From contig BAAIJX010000029.1 of assembly GCA_054600435.1 (NCBI GenBank), forward strand, positions 186,001-250,000: a stretch of DNA of 64,000 nucleotides, read 5' to 3'. The position numbers and the translations under genes are program-made. Source of the DNA: Neophaeotheca triangularis (taxonomy: Eukaryota). Positions within the stretch are counted from its first letter, which is position 1, and each line of letters begins with the position of its first letter. Of this stretch, positions 36,761 through 48,480 are shown one piece after another. The notes under the pieces are model-generated. The model had not been told where the DNA came from and ran no database searches. It worked only from the letters and a program-made list of their open reading frames with translations.

Positions 36761-38446
36761 ATGGATGACGACCAAAATTTCGTAACCCTGGCCCTTTCCA
36801 GCCAGAACCAAAACAAAAACCAAAACCCCTCGCGTGGCCAAAACCCAAGCACCAAAAACGTGCAGATCCCCGTGACCAGACACTGCCACTCTCACACCCT
36901 GCAAACCAAAACGCCCGAGCCAACGCGTTCCGCTTCCTCTCCGGGCAAGAGCCACGACACCGCCGGCTCTGCTACGACTCTGCCAGTGCCCCGATGGGTT
37001 ACCGCCGAGCAAGCGCCGTTGATCCATGCGGTTTTGACGCTGCTACGCCGGCAATTGCCACGTTCGTTGCCCGTTTTGCGGAGGCTTGAGAGGGGGCCGG
37101 TGAGTGTGGAAGGGGCGGGGAGGGTGGGCACGAATTTAGATTTCGGGGCGGCGTTGAGGGGGGTTGTTGGTGGGGAGAGTGGAAGAAAAGGCGAGGGCGC
37201 GAGTGAGGGGCGGGTCAGTGGGGAGGTGGCGTTGAACGGGGATACGGACGTGTGCAAGGCGTCTACGGACGGCATCGAGGCCGAAACCACCAGCTCGTGG
37301 GATCCTGCCATCGACGCCGCTGACCCAGTTCACCCTCGGGCTCCGGAACAATGGTATATAACTTTTCACGACCTTTCCCAACGCCCCGAGACTGCAGCTT
37401 GGATCTATGGCTCGTGGGAAACTTCCGCCGACGCGGCCGAGCCGTATGGGCAGTACACGGACTTCGCTCCTGCAGCCAGCAGCACGGTGGAAGAACGAGA
37501 AGAGCTGAGTGAGCGCGCGGAACTTATGCGCGGATTAGTCGCGACCATCCGCGCCGAGGGGCTGCCTGCGAGCATTCACGCCGCCAACTCCAACTCCACT
37601 GGTGGTGACGTGAGGCATGCACTGGAAGATGGCAATGAGAGCAGCAACCAAGCCGGATCTTCATCGCCCACGGAGCTAAAATTGGACGACGCACCCATCC
37701 TCTTCGGCTCCCTCCATGCCTCGACGGTCGCTGCTCTCAAGATTGCAAAAGTTTTGGACACGGTTTCCAGTCCAGAGTTTACAGAACCCTTGGTGCCAAA
37801 TTTGCACTTTATCTTTCGATCGACGGCGCAGCTGGGGCGGCGGAGTGAGGGTAGGTCCATTGAAGGAAGTGGCGGAGGTAAATCTACAGATGGAGGGGGT
37901 GGGAATGGTGTGGACGGGGGAAAGGATGATGGTTTAGGGAGCCGAAATGACGGGGACGGTAGGAGTCTAGGTGATTCGAAGAGGGACCTCGAGTCCGACC
38001 TGCCAGCCGGATTCCGCTGGTCCAAACTCCACCCAGACGATCTCGCGCTCGTGATAAAGCGGAGTCACATTCCTCGCAAGCCACGGACGTTGGGTCTACT
38101 GCATAATCTGGCCATCTACCCCGAAGACGGTGAAATGGAGGAGCTTGGTTTGAGGAGAGCAGCCCCGATAGCGTGGGCATTCGTGGGGCTGGACGCGAGT
38201 CTAACGACACTGCATGTAGAGCCGGAGTGGAGGGGATTGGGGCTTGCGGGCAAGTTAACGGGGAGCTTGTTCAGAGCGGGCTTGGAGGAGTTTATTGTGA
38301 ATGAGATTGGTGATGCGGCTGGGGTAGGAGACGAGATCATGGCGCATGCTGTTGTTGTGCAAGGGAATCAGGCTAGCATAAGAGTTATGGAAGGTTTGGG
38401 AGGGCTGGCTGGCTGGTGGTGTTATTGGGTCAGGGTCAAGATCTAA
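36761..38446 (+). CDS. GNAT (FR47-like) acetyltransferase
   Basis: LPRSLPVLRRL, PIAWAFVGLDASLTTLHVEPEWRGLGLA (acetyl-CoA motif A), GNQASIRVMEGLGG. Confidence 0.85.
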   Translation: MDDDQNFVTLALSSQNQNKNQNPSRGQNPSTKNVQIPVTRHCHSHTLQTKTPEPTRSASSPGKSHDTAGSATTLPVPRWVTAEQAPLIHAVLTLLRRQLPRSLPVLRRLERGPVSVEGAGRVGTNLDFGAALRGVVGGESGRKGEGASEGRVSGEVALNGDTDVCKASTDGIEAETTSSWDPAIDAADPVHPRAPEQWYITFHDLSQRPETAAWIYGSWETSADAAEPYGQYTDFAPAASSTVEEREELSERAELMRGLVATIRAEGLPASIHAANSNSTGGDVRHALEDGNESSNQAGSSSPTELKLDDAPILFGSLHASTVAALKIAKVLDTVSSPEFTEPLVPNLHFIFRSTAQLGRRSEGRSIEGSGGGKSTDGGGGNGVDGGKDDGLGSRNDGDGRSLGDSKRDLESDLPAGFRWSKLHPDDLALVIKRSHIPRKPRTLGLLHNLAIYPEDGEMEELGLRRAAPIAWAFVGLDASLTTLHVEPEWRGLGLAGKLTGSLFRAGLEEFIVNEIGDAAGVGDEIMAHAVVVQGNQASIRVMEGLGGLAGWWCYWVRVKI

Positions 38447-38854
38447 TTTGCAGCATAGCAGACATGTAAAGCGAACATGAAACGTAGACGGGACGTCGAC
38501 TTCTGGTGAGGGAAATCTGTCTTTTCGTTTGCGTTAGCTTGGGATCTCCAACTGTTTATGCTAGGTTTATGCAAATGAGTTATGAATGATGTTTCATTAA
38601 AAAATTAGAGTGTTGTTGCGTTTTTGTTCAGCATGCCTCGAATGAGGTAAGTGTTAAAAGGTTTTAATCCTGTGGTCACGTGACTGGGGTTGAGAAAGAA
38701 GAAGCATACCATGATAATGTTGGATCCTCGTAGCAGGCGTTGTTGGTCCATTGCGACGTCACACAAAACTGCCATGTCGAGTTGACGATTCTTCAGATCT
38801 TTCTGCATTTGGCGAGGCTGTCTACGCTGAAACGCCACGCTTAAACGCACACGC

Positions 38855-39861
38855 TTAGTCGAAGAGACCGAAGCCCATGTCATCATCCTCCTCCTCAGAC
38901 TCTTCCTTCTTGGCCTCCTCCTTGGGAGCCTCAGCGGCGGCACCACCGGAGGAAGCGCCAGCAGCAGGGGCAGCGGCGGCGTAGGCATCAGGGTTCCTGA
39001 TGCGGTCCTTGAGCTCGTGGATGGACTCCCACTCGTACTCGGTCTCAACAGCGACAGAGATGGCGTTCTTGTAGGAGTTGACGACGCTGTGCATGACCGA
39101 GGGCATGGTAGGGAAGTTGGCAGCCAGGGAGATGGAGGCAATGGTCTGGATGGCGGAAGAGAAGGTCTTGAGAAGCTGGGACTCCTCAATGTCCAAGATC
39201 TCGGCGCCAAAGGTCTGACCCTGGTCGTAGATTTGCGAAACACCCATACCGTAGGTGAACGGAGAGATGTTAAGCATGTTGAGCAGGGTAGCCTCGGAAG
39301 CACCGACCTTGGAGTTGGCCTCGACGAGCTTTAGGTCGGACGTGATTTCAATGGTACCACGGGCAATCTTGGTGGGGACACCGAGAGCCTGGAAGAAAGA
39401 GGTCTTTCCAGGTTCCATACCAGTGTTTCCGGCCGGGATGTAGACGTCGGCAGGAGCAATGGCACCAGCACGGGCGGGAGCGGCGACACGGTTGGCCAAG
39501 ATGACATCGCGGGTGTCCTTCATGTCGGCGTTGGTGAAGACGAAACCGACATTCCCACGGACGTGGGGAAGGAGACGCTCGTACTCGGGGTGCTCAGAGA
39601 GGAAGCCCTTGATGGCACGACGAACCTGGGGAGGTAGGAAGTCAGCGCGTATCCCAGTGCATGCGTGTCCTAGCTTTTTCGCCATACCATAGTGTTCTTG
39701 CCCATCAGGACAACACCCTTCTGGCGCATGGCCTGACGGATCTCGTGCATCTGCTGCGAAGAGACATTGTCGACGGTGACGATGAAGATGGTCCTGTACT
39801 CCTCGAGCAGGGTCTTCAGCTTGTCGAAGTAAGCGGCCTTGGTTGCTGCCTTGCCCCCCAT
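38855..39861 (-). CDS. RPP0: 60S acidic ribosomal protein P0 (uL10)
   Basis: [19 protein letters not shown], intron 39687-39626, [19 protein letters not shown]-terminal [13 protein letters not shown]. Confidence 0.98.
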
Positions 39862-40264
39862 AGCGTCGGTGCGGTATAGGGTGGAGTTTTAAGGAAAGGC
39901 GAAAGATCTGGTTTTTGGGTTGGGTTTGGAAGGGGGTGGACTGTAGTTGTTGACTTGGTGTGAGAGGGGGAGGGAAAGCCGTCGTCGAAGTGCGAGGTTT
40001 TCAGCTTGTGCGGTCAGATCGTCTGCACGAGTCAAGAAGCTTGGCGGGCGCCCGCGAAAAGCTGCCTTTTAGACTTTTGCCCTCTCTCCGCCTGTCTACG
40101 TCTGCCCGCTCACACGACATGGCTTTTTCCTCTCTCCGCCTCACCTACACCACCCCCAGACTTCCCCTTGTTCTGTAGAAAAGCTAGGCAGGACCACACA
40201 ACGCAGACTTCCCCGCTCCCTGACTTTGTTGATCGCCTTTCATGAGAAGCGCCTCTCCCGGACC

Positions 40265-42397
40265 ATGGTCTCTCTCGCTTCACCAGCTGGGGCAATGCAG
40301 CCACCAGCTATACCTCAGTCTCAACGACCGACGATAGGCATGAAAAGAGACTCTTCTTATCTGGACAGCGATAATGGTGGCGACGATGACAACAGCAGCG
40401 TGTCGACATTGAAGAGGCGCAAGGTTGCCTTCGATCCCGACATCAACGTTCGCTTCATGGAGGACTGGGACGTAAAGAGCATGGCTTTGGTCAGAGAAGA
40501 GGTGCGGACTGGAATAGAGCGTCACTTGGCGGGGGGCGAGTTGAGGGACGACACGCAATACACGAAGCTAGTGCAACTACTACAGCAAGAGAATGGCGCG
40601 GACAACACGGGACGTGCCGGTGGAAAGCTGATGAAGAGGTATCTGTTGGCTTTGGAATCTCGGGTTAGCATGCTGGGGGAGTGTGGCAAGCTTGCAGACG
40701 CTGCTCTGAATCTGAACTGGCTCGGTCGGGATGAGACCTTTGCGACGCTCTGGACCAAATTCGCCATAGCTTTGGTTAGCTCTCACAGCAAATACTTGTT
40801 CGACGTGATGGACCGGCTTGTCGGCTGTTTCGCCAGGCTACCAGCCTCTCTCGGTCGATTGCCAGGTGAGGAGTCAGTGTCGCGACAGCACATGTACACT
40901 AGACTTCACACCACCATTCAGACGATCCTAAAACACATACCATCTGCCAGCAGTGGCCTTGTCAGAGCCATCAGATACGAGTTTCCCAACAATTCCGCGA
41001 CAAGCCGGACATACCTGCAGTATCAAAGACATCTCCTCCGCATGGCAGAGTATGCGCCTGAACTTAAAGCTGAGGTTCTGGCACTCATCGTGCAGCGTGT
41101 GGCGGATGTCGACGCTCACATTCAGGAAGACATTGAGGACTTGGAGGATGAGGCAGAGGAGCAATTACTACAACGACCAAGCTCAAAAGATGGCGATGCG
41201 GAGGACTCGGACGAAAGCGACGACGATTCCATGTCAGAGTCCGAATTCACCACCTCTGAGGAAGAGCTGCGTTTAAAGGAGATACGCTTGAAAGTCGCAA
41301 AGATGGACGGCACACTTGATCTACTCTTCGAATACTACACTCCTCTCATCCGCGATGGCTCGGGTCCACGAGATAACAAGGCCTTCCAACAGCTCATGTC
41401 CCACTTTACAACCTTCATCCTTCCTAGGAGATCCCGCCACACCCAGTTCCTCATCTTTCACTTCGCCCAGACCACTCCCACTCACAGTGCTTACTTTGCC
41501 CGCCACTGCATGGAACTCGCTTTCACCCAGACCAAATCCCCGGTCATCCGCCTCACCGCCTGCGCCTACGTCGCCAGCTTTGTCGCCCGTGGCACACACC
41601 TCCCAACTCGCACCGTTCGCGACCTCTGGCACCTCATGGCCGACTACCTAAACAGCATGCGCAGCAACTACGAACGCAGCTGCCGTGGACCCGACAAACG
41701 CAGTTTCCCCCTCTACTACGCCGTCACGCAAGCCCTCCTCTACATCTTCTGCTTCCGCTGGCGCGACCTCGTCACCACCCCACTCAACCCCTCAGACTCA
41801 AACGACAACGAAAACGAAACCTACGACGACCTTCTCGAAACCGGACACGACCTAACCTTCCTCCCATCCGTCAAGGAAACCCTTACCCTCAACATTTATT
41901 CCCCCCTCAACCCGCTCAAAGTCTGCTCCCCTCCAATCGTTAGCGAATTCGCCAAACTCGCCCACCACCTCCGCTTCCTCTACATCTATCCACTACTCGA
42001 GACCAACAAGCGCGTGCGCTTCGCTCTCACTTCCAGCTACTACGGCAACAGCAGCGGTATCGGCGGGCTCGACGTCGGGCGCAGGGAAACGGCCATGGAT
42101 CGCAAAAGCGGTGAGGAACATTTGAAACTCGAAGCGTATTTTCCGTTCGACCCGTACCATCTTCCCGTAAGTAAGAGGTGGGTGCAGGGGGAGTATAATG
42201 AGTGGGTTCTTCCCCGGGGGTTGAGGGGGGAGGATGAGGACGAGAGTGAGGATGACGGGGAGAGTGAGGTTGACGAAGAGGAAGGGGAGGAGGGAATTAG
42301 TGAGGATGAGGAGCAGGAGAGTGAAGGTGAGGATGTGGTTTATGGGGAGTCTACTGGGACGGGAGTACTGCCTCAGAAGGCGTTGGTTGAGGTTTAG
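40265..42397 (+). CDS. RRN3: RNA polymerase I initiation factor Rrn3
   Basis: Acidic loop, KMDGTLDLLFEY, SRHTQFLIFHF, AYVASFVARG, QALLYIFCFRWRDL, LNPLKVCSP, YFPFDPY. Confidence 0.95.
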   Translation: MVSLASPAGAMQPPAIPQSQRPTIGMKRDSSYLDSDNGGDDDNSSVSTLKRRKVAFDPDINVRFMEDWDVKSMALVREEVRTGIERHLAGGELRDDTQYTKLVQLLQQENGADNTGRAGGKLMKRYLLALESRVSMLGECGKLADAALNLNWLGRDETFATLWTKFAIALVSSHSKYLFDVMDRLVGCFARLPASLGRLPGEESVSRQHMYTRLHTTIQTILKHIPSASSGLVRAIRYEFPNNSATSRTYLQYQRHLLRMAEYAPELKAEVLALIVQRVADVDAHIQEDIEDLEDEAEEQLLQRPSSKDGDAEDSDESDDDSMSESEFTTSEEELRLKEIRLKVAKMDGTLDLLFEYYTPLIRDGSGPRDNKAFQQLMSHFTTFILPRRSRHTQFLIFHFAQTTPTHSAYFARHCMELAFTQTKSPVIRLTACAYVASFVARGTHLPTRTVRDLWHLMADYLNSMRSNYERSCRGPDKRSFPLYYAVTQALLYIFCFRWRDLVTTPLNPSDSNDNENETYDDLLETGHDLTFLPSVKETLTLNIYSPLNPLKVCSPPIVSEFAKLAHHLRFLYIYPLLETNKRVRFALTSSYYGNSSGIGGLDVGRRETAMDRKSGEEHLKLEAYFPFDPYHLPVSKRWVQGEYNEWVLPRGLRGEDEDESEDDGESEVDEEEGEEGISEDEEQESEGEDVVYGESTGTGVLPQKALVEV

Positions 42398-42920
42398 GCT
42401 GCCGTTGAATACATGATTTGGGAGGATGGATGTGAGAGGTTGTCATTGGGTTGTCTTTTTAGCGTGGCGTTTGATGGTGGGCTCGACGCTTTCTTCCGGA
42501 AGCGCTGAGCAGCGGTTTTCCTCGCGCATGTTAGAAACAGTCGCAAAAGTGAACAAGAGTGCAAAACAAATATGTAAAAAACCTAGGTAGGATCAACGCG
42601 CGGAAGTTTGTCCCCCGAGCCACATAAGTACACATATCAAATCTGGTCTACACATACATCATCTCCTCAACCCCTATATACATACCCTGATCAGGATATA
42701 AACAAAACCGCTCAATCCAGGTGCTATTATTCCCTCAGAACAACCCCGCGCTCAAGTCCAGTCAGTCCTGGCCCGGCCACCTAAAAAAAAAAAAAAAAGA
42801 AGCCGTTCGTCGTTCAAACTCACGCAACAATGGCGAGGAAAGAACCCCAACCCCAACCCTCACCCGGACAGAACGACTCACGCTCGCACGCTTGCAAACA
42901 CGCACGCCGCGTCCGTGCGA

Positions 42921-43340
42921 GTAGAGTAGAGTAGAGTAGAGTAGGTAAGTCATGTCTACAGTCCCACCATGCCGAAACGAACCAATTCTGCCTCTTAAAC
43001 CGCTCTGTCGGACGAGATGGGACGTGGCGTAGCGTGGTGTAGCGTAGCGTAGCCGCCCGATGGGAATTCGGGGGGTTTTTCGGAAGGTGTGGATGGAGTG
43101 GACGTGGTGGTTGGGCTCTATTGGTTGGTTGGTTGGTTGGTTGGTTGTGCGAGTTTTTGGGCTGGGTTGGATTGGGTTGGGTTGGGTTGGGTTGGAGTTT
43201 TCCACGCTGCTGTGGCGGACGGTACTTGTACTTTCTTCCTGTCGCGGTTACTGCTCTCTCTGGAGTGATTTTGATCCTTTTTTTCTCTTCTTTCTTGGGG
43301 CTTGGGTTGGGTTGGGTTGGGTAGGGTTGGGTTGGGTGGG
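42921..43340. repeat. Microsatellite cluster (GTAGA)n, (TTGG)n, (TTGGG)n
   Basis: Tandem runs read directly at about 42921-42944, 43121-43146, 43172-43194 and 43302-43340. Confidence 0.9.
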
Positions 43341-44412
43341 TCAAGGACCTGCTGAGCCCCCTCCCCCCCTCCTCCTTTCAAGGCCGCCGCTCGATTGCTT
43401 GCGCTCGAGTCTGGCTCGATGTTCTTTTTCTTCTGGCTATGCGTGCTGCGTGCTGAGATTGCGCGAGGGAGTAAAAAGAGGCTGATAGAGGGTTAGGATA
43501 GGTTTTACGGGAGGGAGAGAAGAGGCAATTTCGCTTTCCCCTTTTCATGCCGCTAGGGCCTGTGAGGGGACTAGAGAAGGCGTGAGTTTGCTTATTCTCC
43601 CTGGCTGAGTGGGAGAGCGTCTAGAATGGTAGAATTCTACAAGGCTCCTCGCGGGCGAGAATGAACGATAGGACGGACGGGACTGGTGAGTGGGAATAGT
43701 GAGAGGGTGTGTGAAGTTAGCGGCATGGATGTGAGATGCGAACGAAGACGTTTTGGCCTCGGGGGGGATATACACAGCAGCGAGCCCCTCGTGTTAGAGT
43801 CGGTTTTAAGGACAGCGCAGCTTGTGCAAACATTGAAACTACGATGAGGTGGATGCACGTCCTCAGGGGTAGACGTAAAGCCTTTTGTACGCGTGTAGGA
43901 AGAGGGGGACTCGAGCCTGGCTGTTTGCTATGGCGCCTTTATCGTTAGGTTCGCTTGGCGAAAGTTGAATACATTGACAGGCTAGGTCCTGAGACGATGG
44001 AAACGCAAAGGAAACGCGGTGAACACCCGCCGGGAACACTATAGCTCCTCAGGCGGTTTTTTACCGCTACGCTGCTTTAAAACCTCGCAGCTGCACTACT
44101 AGTCTAGAGCGAGCGAGTGAACGGCTGCAGTCTTCGGCGCTCGTCCAACCGGGCTGAAAACGCCATGGCCTAGGGGCGTAGAAACGGCGAGTCGTACGTA
44201 TTGTCAATTCGATTCGATTCGATTCGGGGCATTGCCGTTCTCTGCAACGAGCGAACAAGCGGCTTTAATTACTCGCCCCTTGACCAGGCCGGAGTTCTAG
44301 AGAGAGAAAGCCAGAGAAAGCCTGCCGCGAGAAGAGAGCAAGGATTCGAATTTGGCAGTTAATCGTTCCTATGTCCGCCGAGCGCCGGCAGTCTTCGGGA
44401 CTTCGATGAAGA

Positions 44413-44511
44413 ATGGGAACCGCGTTTCCTGAAGGCAGTGCAGTGCAAGATGGGAACCTCGTTTCCAGAAGGCAGTGCAGTGCAAGATGAAAACCGCATT
44501 CCCCAAAGGCA
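44413..44511. repeat. 37-bp tandem repeat, about 2.7 copies
   Basis: ATGGGAACC(G/T)CGTTTCC(T/A)GAAGGCAGTGCAGTGCAAG units start at 44413 and 44450, with a diverged partial copy at 44487. Confidence 0.9.
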
Positions 44512-44959
44512 AAGCGGTACAAGACGAACTGTGACGGTAAATTTTTCCAATATCCTTACTTGGCAGTCGCGCCAGAGTCTTCTTTCCACTCATTGCCGCC
44601 AACATACCTCGTGCAGGACAGCGGTAAGTCGAACGACGATTTCCTTGCTCACGCTTGAATACCTAGGCGCGAGTTTAGACAGCATAGCGGATGTGCAAGG
44701 GGAAGGGGGGATTTGTGTTGCTGCGACGCGTCGACGGGCGGGAGACGCGGGGGGTTTTGAGCTGTGGAGGGGAGGGGAGAGCTGTGCAGTGGAGGCTGGG
44801 GTGGTCGGGCTAGTGGTAGTGGAGAAGGGGACTGTGGGAAGAAGGGGACATCGATCAGATTTAGGGAGGAGTCGTGGAAGTCGGTTGTGGAGGAGGAGGA
44901 GGAGGCGGGGAGGTATGTCTTGGGTGTATTTGGGGCGAAATTTCGCGACCTGGTGAGGG

Positions 44960-45046
44960 AAGATGAAGACGAAGGCGAAGACGACGAAGACGACGACGAC
45001 GAAGGCGAAGACGACGAAGACGACGACGACGACGACGACGACGACG
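44960..45046. repeat. (GAC/GAA)n trinucleotide repeat
   Basis: Direct reading. Confidence 0.9.
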
Positions 45047-48000
45047 TGTTGTTGTAGAACACCTACCTTAAGTCTTTGGTCTTTAGGACAGACAAGTTTC
45101 TGACTGGTGGATGCGACTTGATAGCTTTCTCTTTCCTTCTGCCTCACGGGAAGTTCCTTGACCGATCGGGGAGTTGTTCGTCCGCTTGGATAGGTAAGTT
45201 GAACTACGGACAGGGTAAAGATTCAGGAAGGTAAAAGGTAGCTTGGTTCGTGCGTTGTCAGTTGTTCGGTCAAGGTTTTTTCGTTTTGTTTGGCCGACTA
45301 CTTTAGCGTAAGCATGTGAAGCATAAAAGATGGCGGCGCTAGAGGGTTGGGAATACGCCGGGCGTGTGGGTTTTGATGGGTAAGGTACCTTATGGACAAA
45401 GACCGCGTGTTACGTTTAGGCGCGTAGCTTGTAGGGGAGCAGGGACAGTCTCCCCGGCGGTCGGCCAGCCTGCCAGTTTAAGCTACCTACCTAGGTAGTC
45501 ACTACTGCTGTTTCACCATTTCTTACCTTTTGGCTTTGGCTTTGGCTTTGGCTTTGGTTTGGCTTTTGCTCTGAGATAGGCTTTGCTGTTGAGAACGGAA
45601 GCTCAAAAAGCCGGAGAATTGATCTAAGATATCTCCGGCGTCTCCATTGCTAATAGCGGCGGCGGCGTTTGGCGGGCTCAAGCCTCAGGGAAGTCAATAG
45701 CAGTCGGCTAGTTCAGTAAGTGGCATAGAAGTCTAGTGACCTTGAGAGAGGAAAGGCTAGCGGCGAGTGGCAGTCGAAGGTCGGTGAGGCGATTGATGAT
45801 GCTTGATGCTTGGTGAAGTTGAAGACCCTGTGGACGTTGTACGCGTATACGCGCAAGCAAAATCATCAATTCACCAATCAATTCATCAATCAATCAGCCA
45901 ATCAATCAATCAATCAATCAATCAGATAAACGGAACTACCCAGCGAACAAAAAAAAAAAAAAGAGGGTCAAGCGGAGAAGCGTTTTGTCGAGGCAGCCGG
46001 CAGCGATTGGATACGAGGGGTTTGGGTCAAAAGATGGGAATGCAGAATCCACACAGCCTGTCAAAAACCAGAAAGGAAATAGCATCATTCGCAAAGGCCG
46101 GGCAGATTGGCCGACGGCGCTAGTCAGTAGTCACCGTAGAGAGAGGGGAATTGAAAGAGGAAAAAAGAAGGGGAAAAAAAGGGTAGGAAAGTTACAAGTT
46201 ACATGGTTACAACTTACATGGGGTTGGCTGGCCCGATGCCTGTCCTGTTCGGGCTTCGGAAAAGAGATTTCTTTGGCTTCGGAATCGGAAATAATAATGC
46301 TAATCGGGTGCTACCCACCAGTACCTAACGTACGTTGCCTTCTAAGGTATGATAAAAGGGATCAAGCGTTTAGTGGTCAAGCCTGTTCAAGCTCTTGTGT
46401 GGGGGAGATGAATAGAAGAAGAATGTTAGGTAGGTAGTAGTGCTAGTGTTAGTGCAAGAGTGACATTAATTTTGTTTTGCTGGCGTCAGCTTCGACTCCT
46501 TCGTTGATTGGCTGAGAAGAAGTGGAGGTGGTGTTGTGGTAGTAATAAATAGTCTTTTAGATGTCTTGATGGATGGAAATGCAGTGGGAATAGTATGGTG
46601 GTGGTGGTGGTGGTGGTGGTGGTGGGTTCATGAGCGGCACGAGTCGCGACTGGTGGACTTGTCTTGTGGTGGCTTGAGGGGTCACAGCAGGTGGAGGAAG
46701 AAGCCACATCATCAACGGTACATACCTTTTTACTACCTACTACCACCTACCTACCTGGTCTAAGTCTCACAGGGAGAGCAGGTAGAACCTGACCGCATCC
46801 CGGTAGAATTAATGGTTAAGGCTCCATCAAATTCGCGTTGACATGGACCTTACAGGCCTACCTACCTAGCTAACACCCGACCCTTACGTGGAAGTGACCC
46901 GTCAAAGTGGAGGACGTCTACTAGGGTAGGGGGCCCATTGGTACGTTTTGTACGCCACGCCGCCTGAAACACCGGCATGCCGACTAGCTCATGACTAGCA
47001 GAGTAGCATCCCCGCAGCCACTACCGCAAAGTAGGATTAGCGTAAGACTGGCTGAGAGGACCACCCTAAGAAGGTCCATGGATGTATGCAGGGAAAGCTG
47101 CTAGTGTAGCGCTAAAGGAAGCGGGATGGCTTGAAGCCTCTACGTCAGCGGGACTTTCCATGCATGATCGGGAGGTGTCCTGTCCTGTATCCCGGGCACC
47201 TGCATCTTTCATGATGATGATGATACTACCTACGCAGCTACGTACTGTGAGGTAGCATTAGCAAGGAACCCGACACTCCAGCTAACCTCCACTGCTAACT
47301 CGTGGTAGAGGAGGCACTTTTGGGTGGTGAGTGATGAGGAAGACCTGGTGTGAGCAGTCATGGCGACGCAAATGGCTTTCCAGCTTCCCTCTTGCTACTA
47401 CCCTACTACTGCTCTCGTTTACCAGGTACTTCCTTTGCCATAGATATCAAAAGCCTCCCCCTCGCCCGTCGAGATCTGCAATCCTCTCTCCCCAAACAGT
47501 CTTCATCTTTTTACCAAATCCTCGCCTCTCTACTCCCAGCTCCTCTTCTTGTTCAACCGCGCGTCCAACCCGGTCCGACAATCCAATCAACCATCCTCCT
47601 CCTCCTTCCTACCTACCATTTCATCCATACTACTAGGTAGTCTACCAGTCTACCACCCTGCCACCACCACCACCACCACCACCACCACCACCACTACTAC
47701 TACTACTACTCCACCTCCGTCTTCGGCTCGCTCCCTATACCTTACTAGTGCTAGTACTAGTACTACTACCAACCATTCTACCACTCACCCAGCTCGCCGT
47801 CTCTCTACACATCAGCTGCTTTGCACATCATTGCCTCGTTTGACAGGGCAACGCGTACCACCTCCTACTTTTTACCTCTCACCACATCATCACCCTCCTT
47901 GTTCGCCCATCCATCGCTCACCTTGACGCACAACGTGCGCTCCCGCTTCGGTTTGAGCCTACCTTACTACTCTATCTTCCGCCACGCCACGACACGCCAC

Positions 48001-48480
48001 ACCACGCCATCCTCCTCCACTGGTTCGGGAAGACGACAAGCTGAAACACCGCGTTTCCTCCCCTCCCCTCTCCAATTGCCCGTTATCATCGCCATCTCAA
48101 TCTCATCTCTGGCCTTGCTCCACACCATCCCGACCGGCCACGCATCGACCGCGTTTGTTCCTCTCCAGCATTCGCAAGCGCAAGCATTCGCTGCATTGAT
48201 CGACACTCTCGATTGAGGGGCCCGTGTCAACTTCTTCTTCAGCTGCCCATTCTTCGGATGCTACCATCTTGTTACACGTCAAGCTGAAGCTGCACATAAG
48301 CTCGCTGATCCCGCCCATCCTTTCGCCATCCATCACACCTACTCTCCACCTTGCCCTTTGGATCTGCCGACCTGTAAACAGATTGAAGATCTGTTGATTT
48401 CATCACCTCTTACTTGCCTATCTACACGCCTACCCACCTACCTACCTGACCATCATCAATCAATCCATCTCAAAGCCATC

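Noticed and set aside
42762..43485. PTQPN and LGWVG repeat ORFs
   Set aside because: Translations of (TTGG)n and (TTGGG)n repeats.
44413..44511. CRISPR-like appearance of the 37-bp repeats
   Set aside because: The units are contiguous with no unique spacers, there are no cas genes, and the DNA is eukaryotic.
44590..45147. Poly-Val, poly-Ser and poly-Asp ORFs
   Set aside because: Artefacts of the (GAC)n microsatellite; no domain or credible gene structure.
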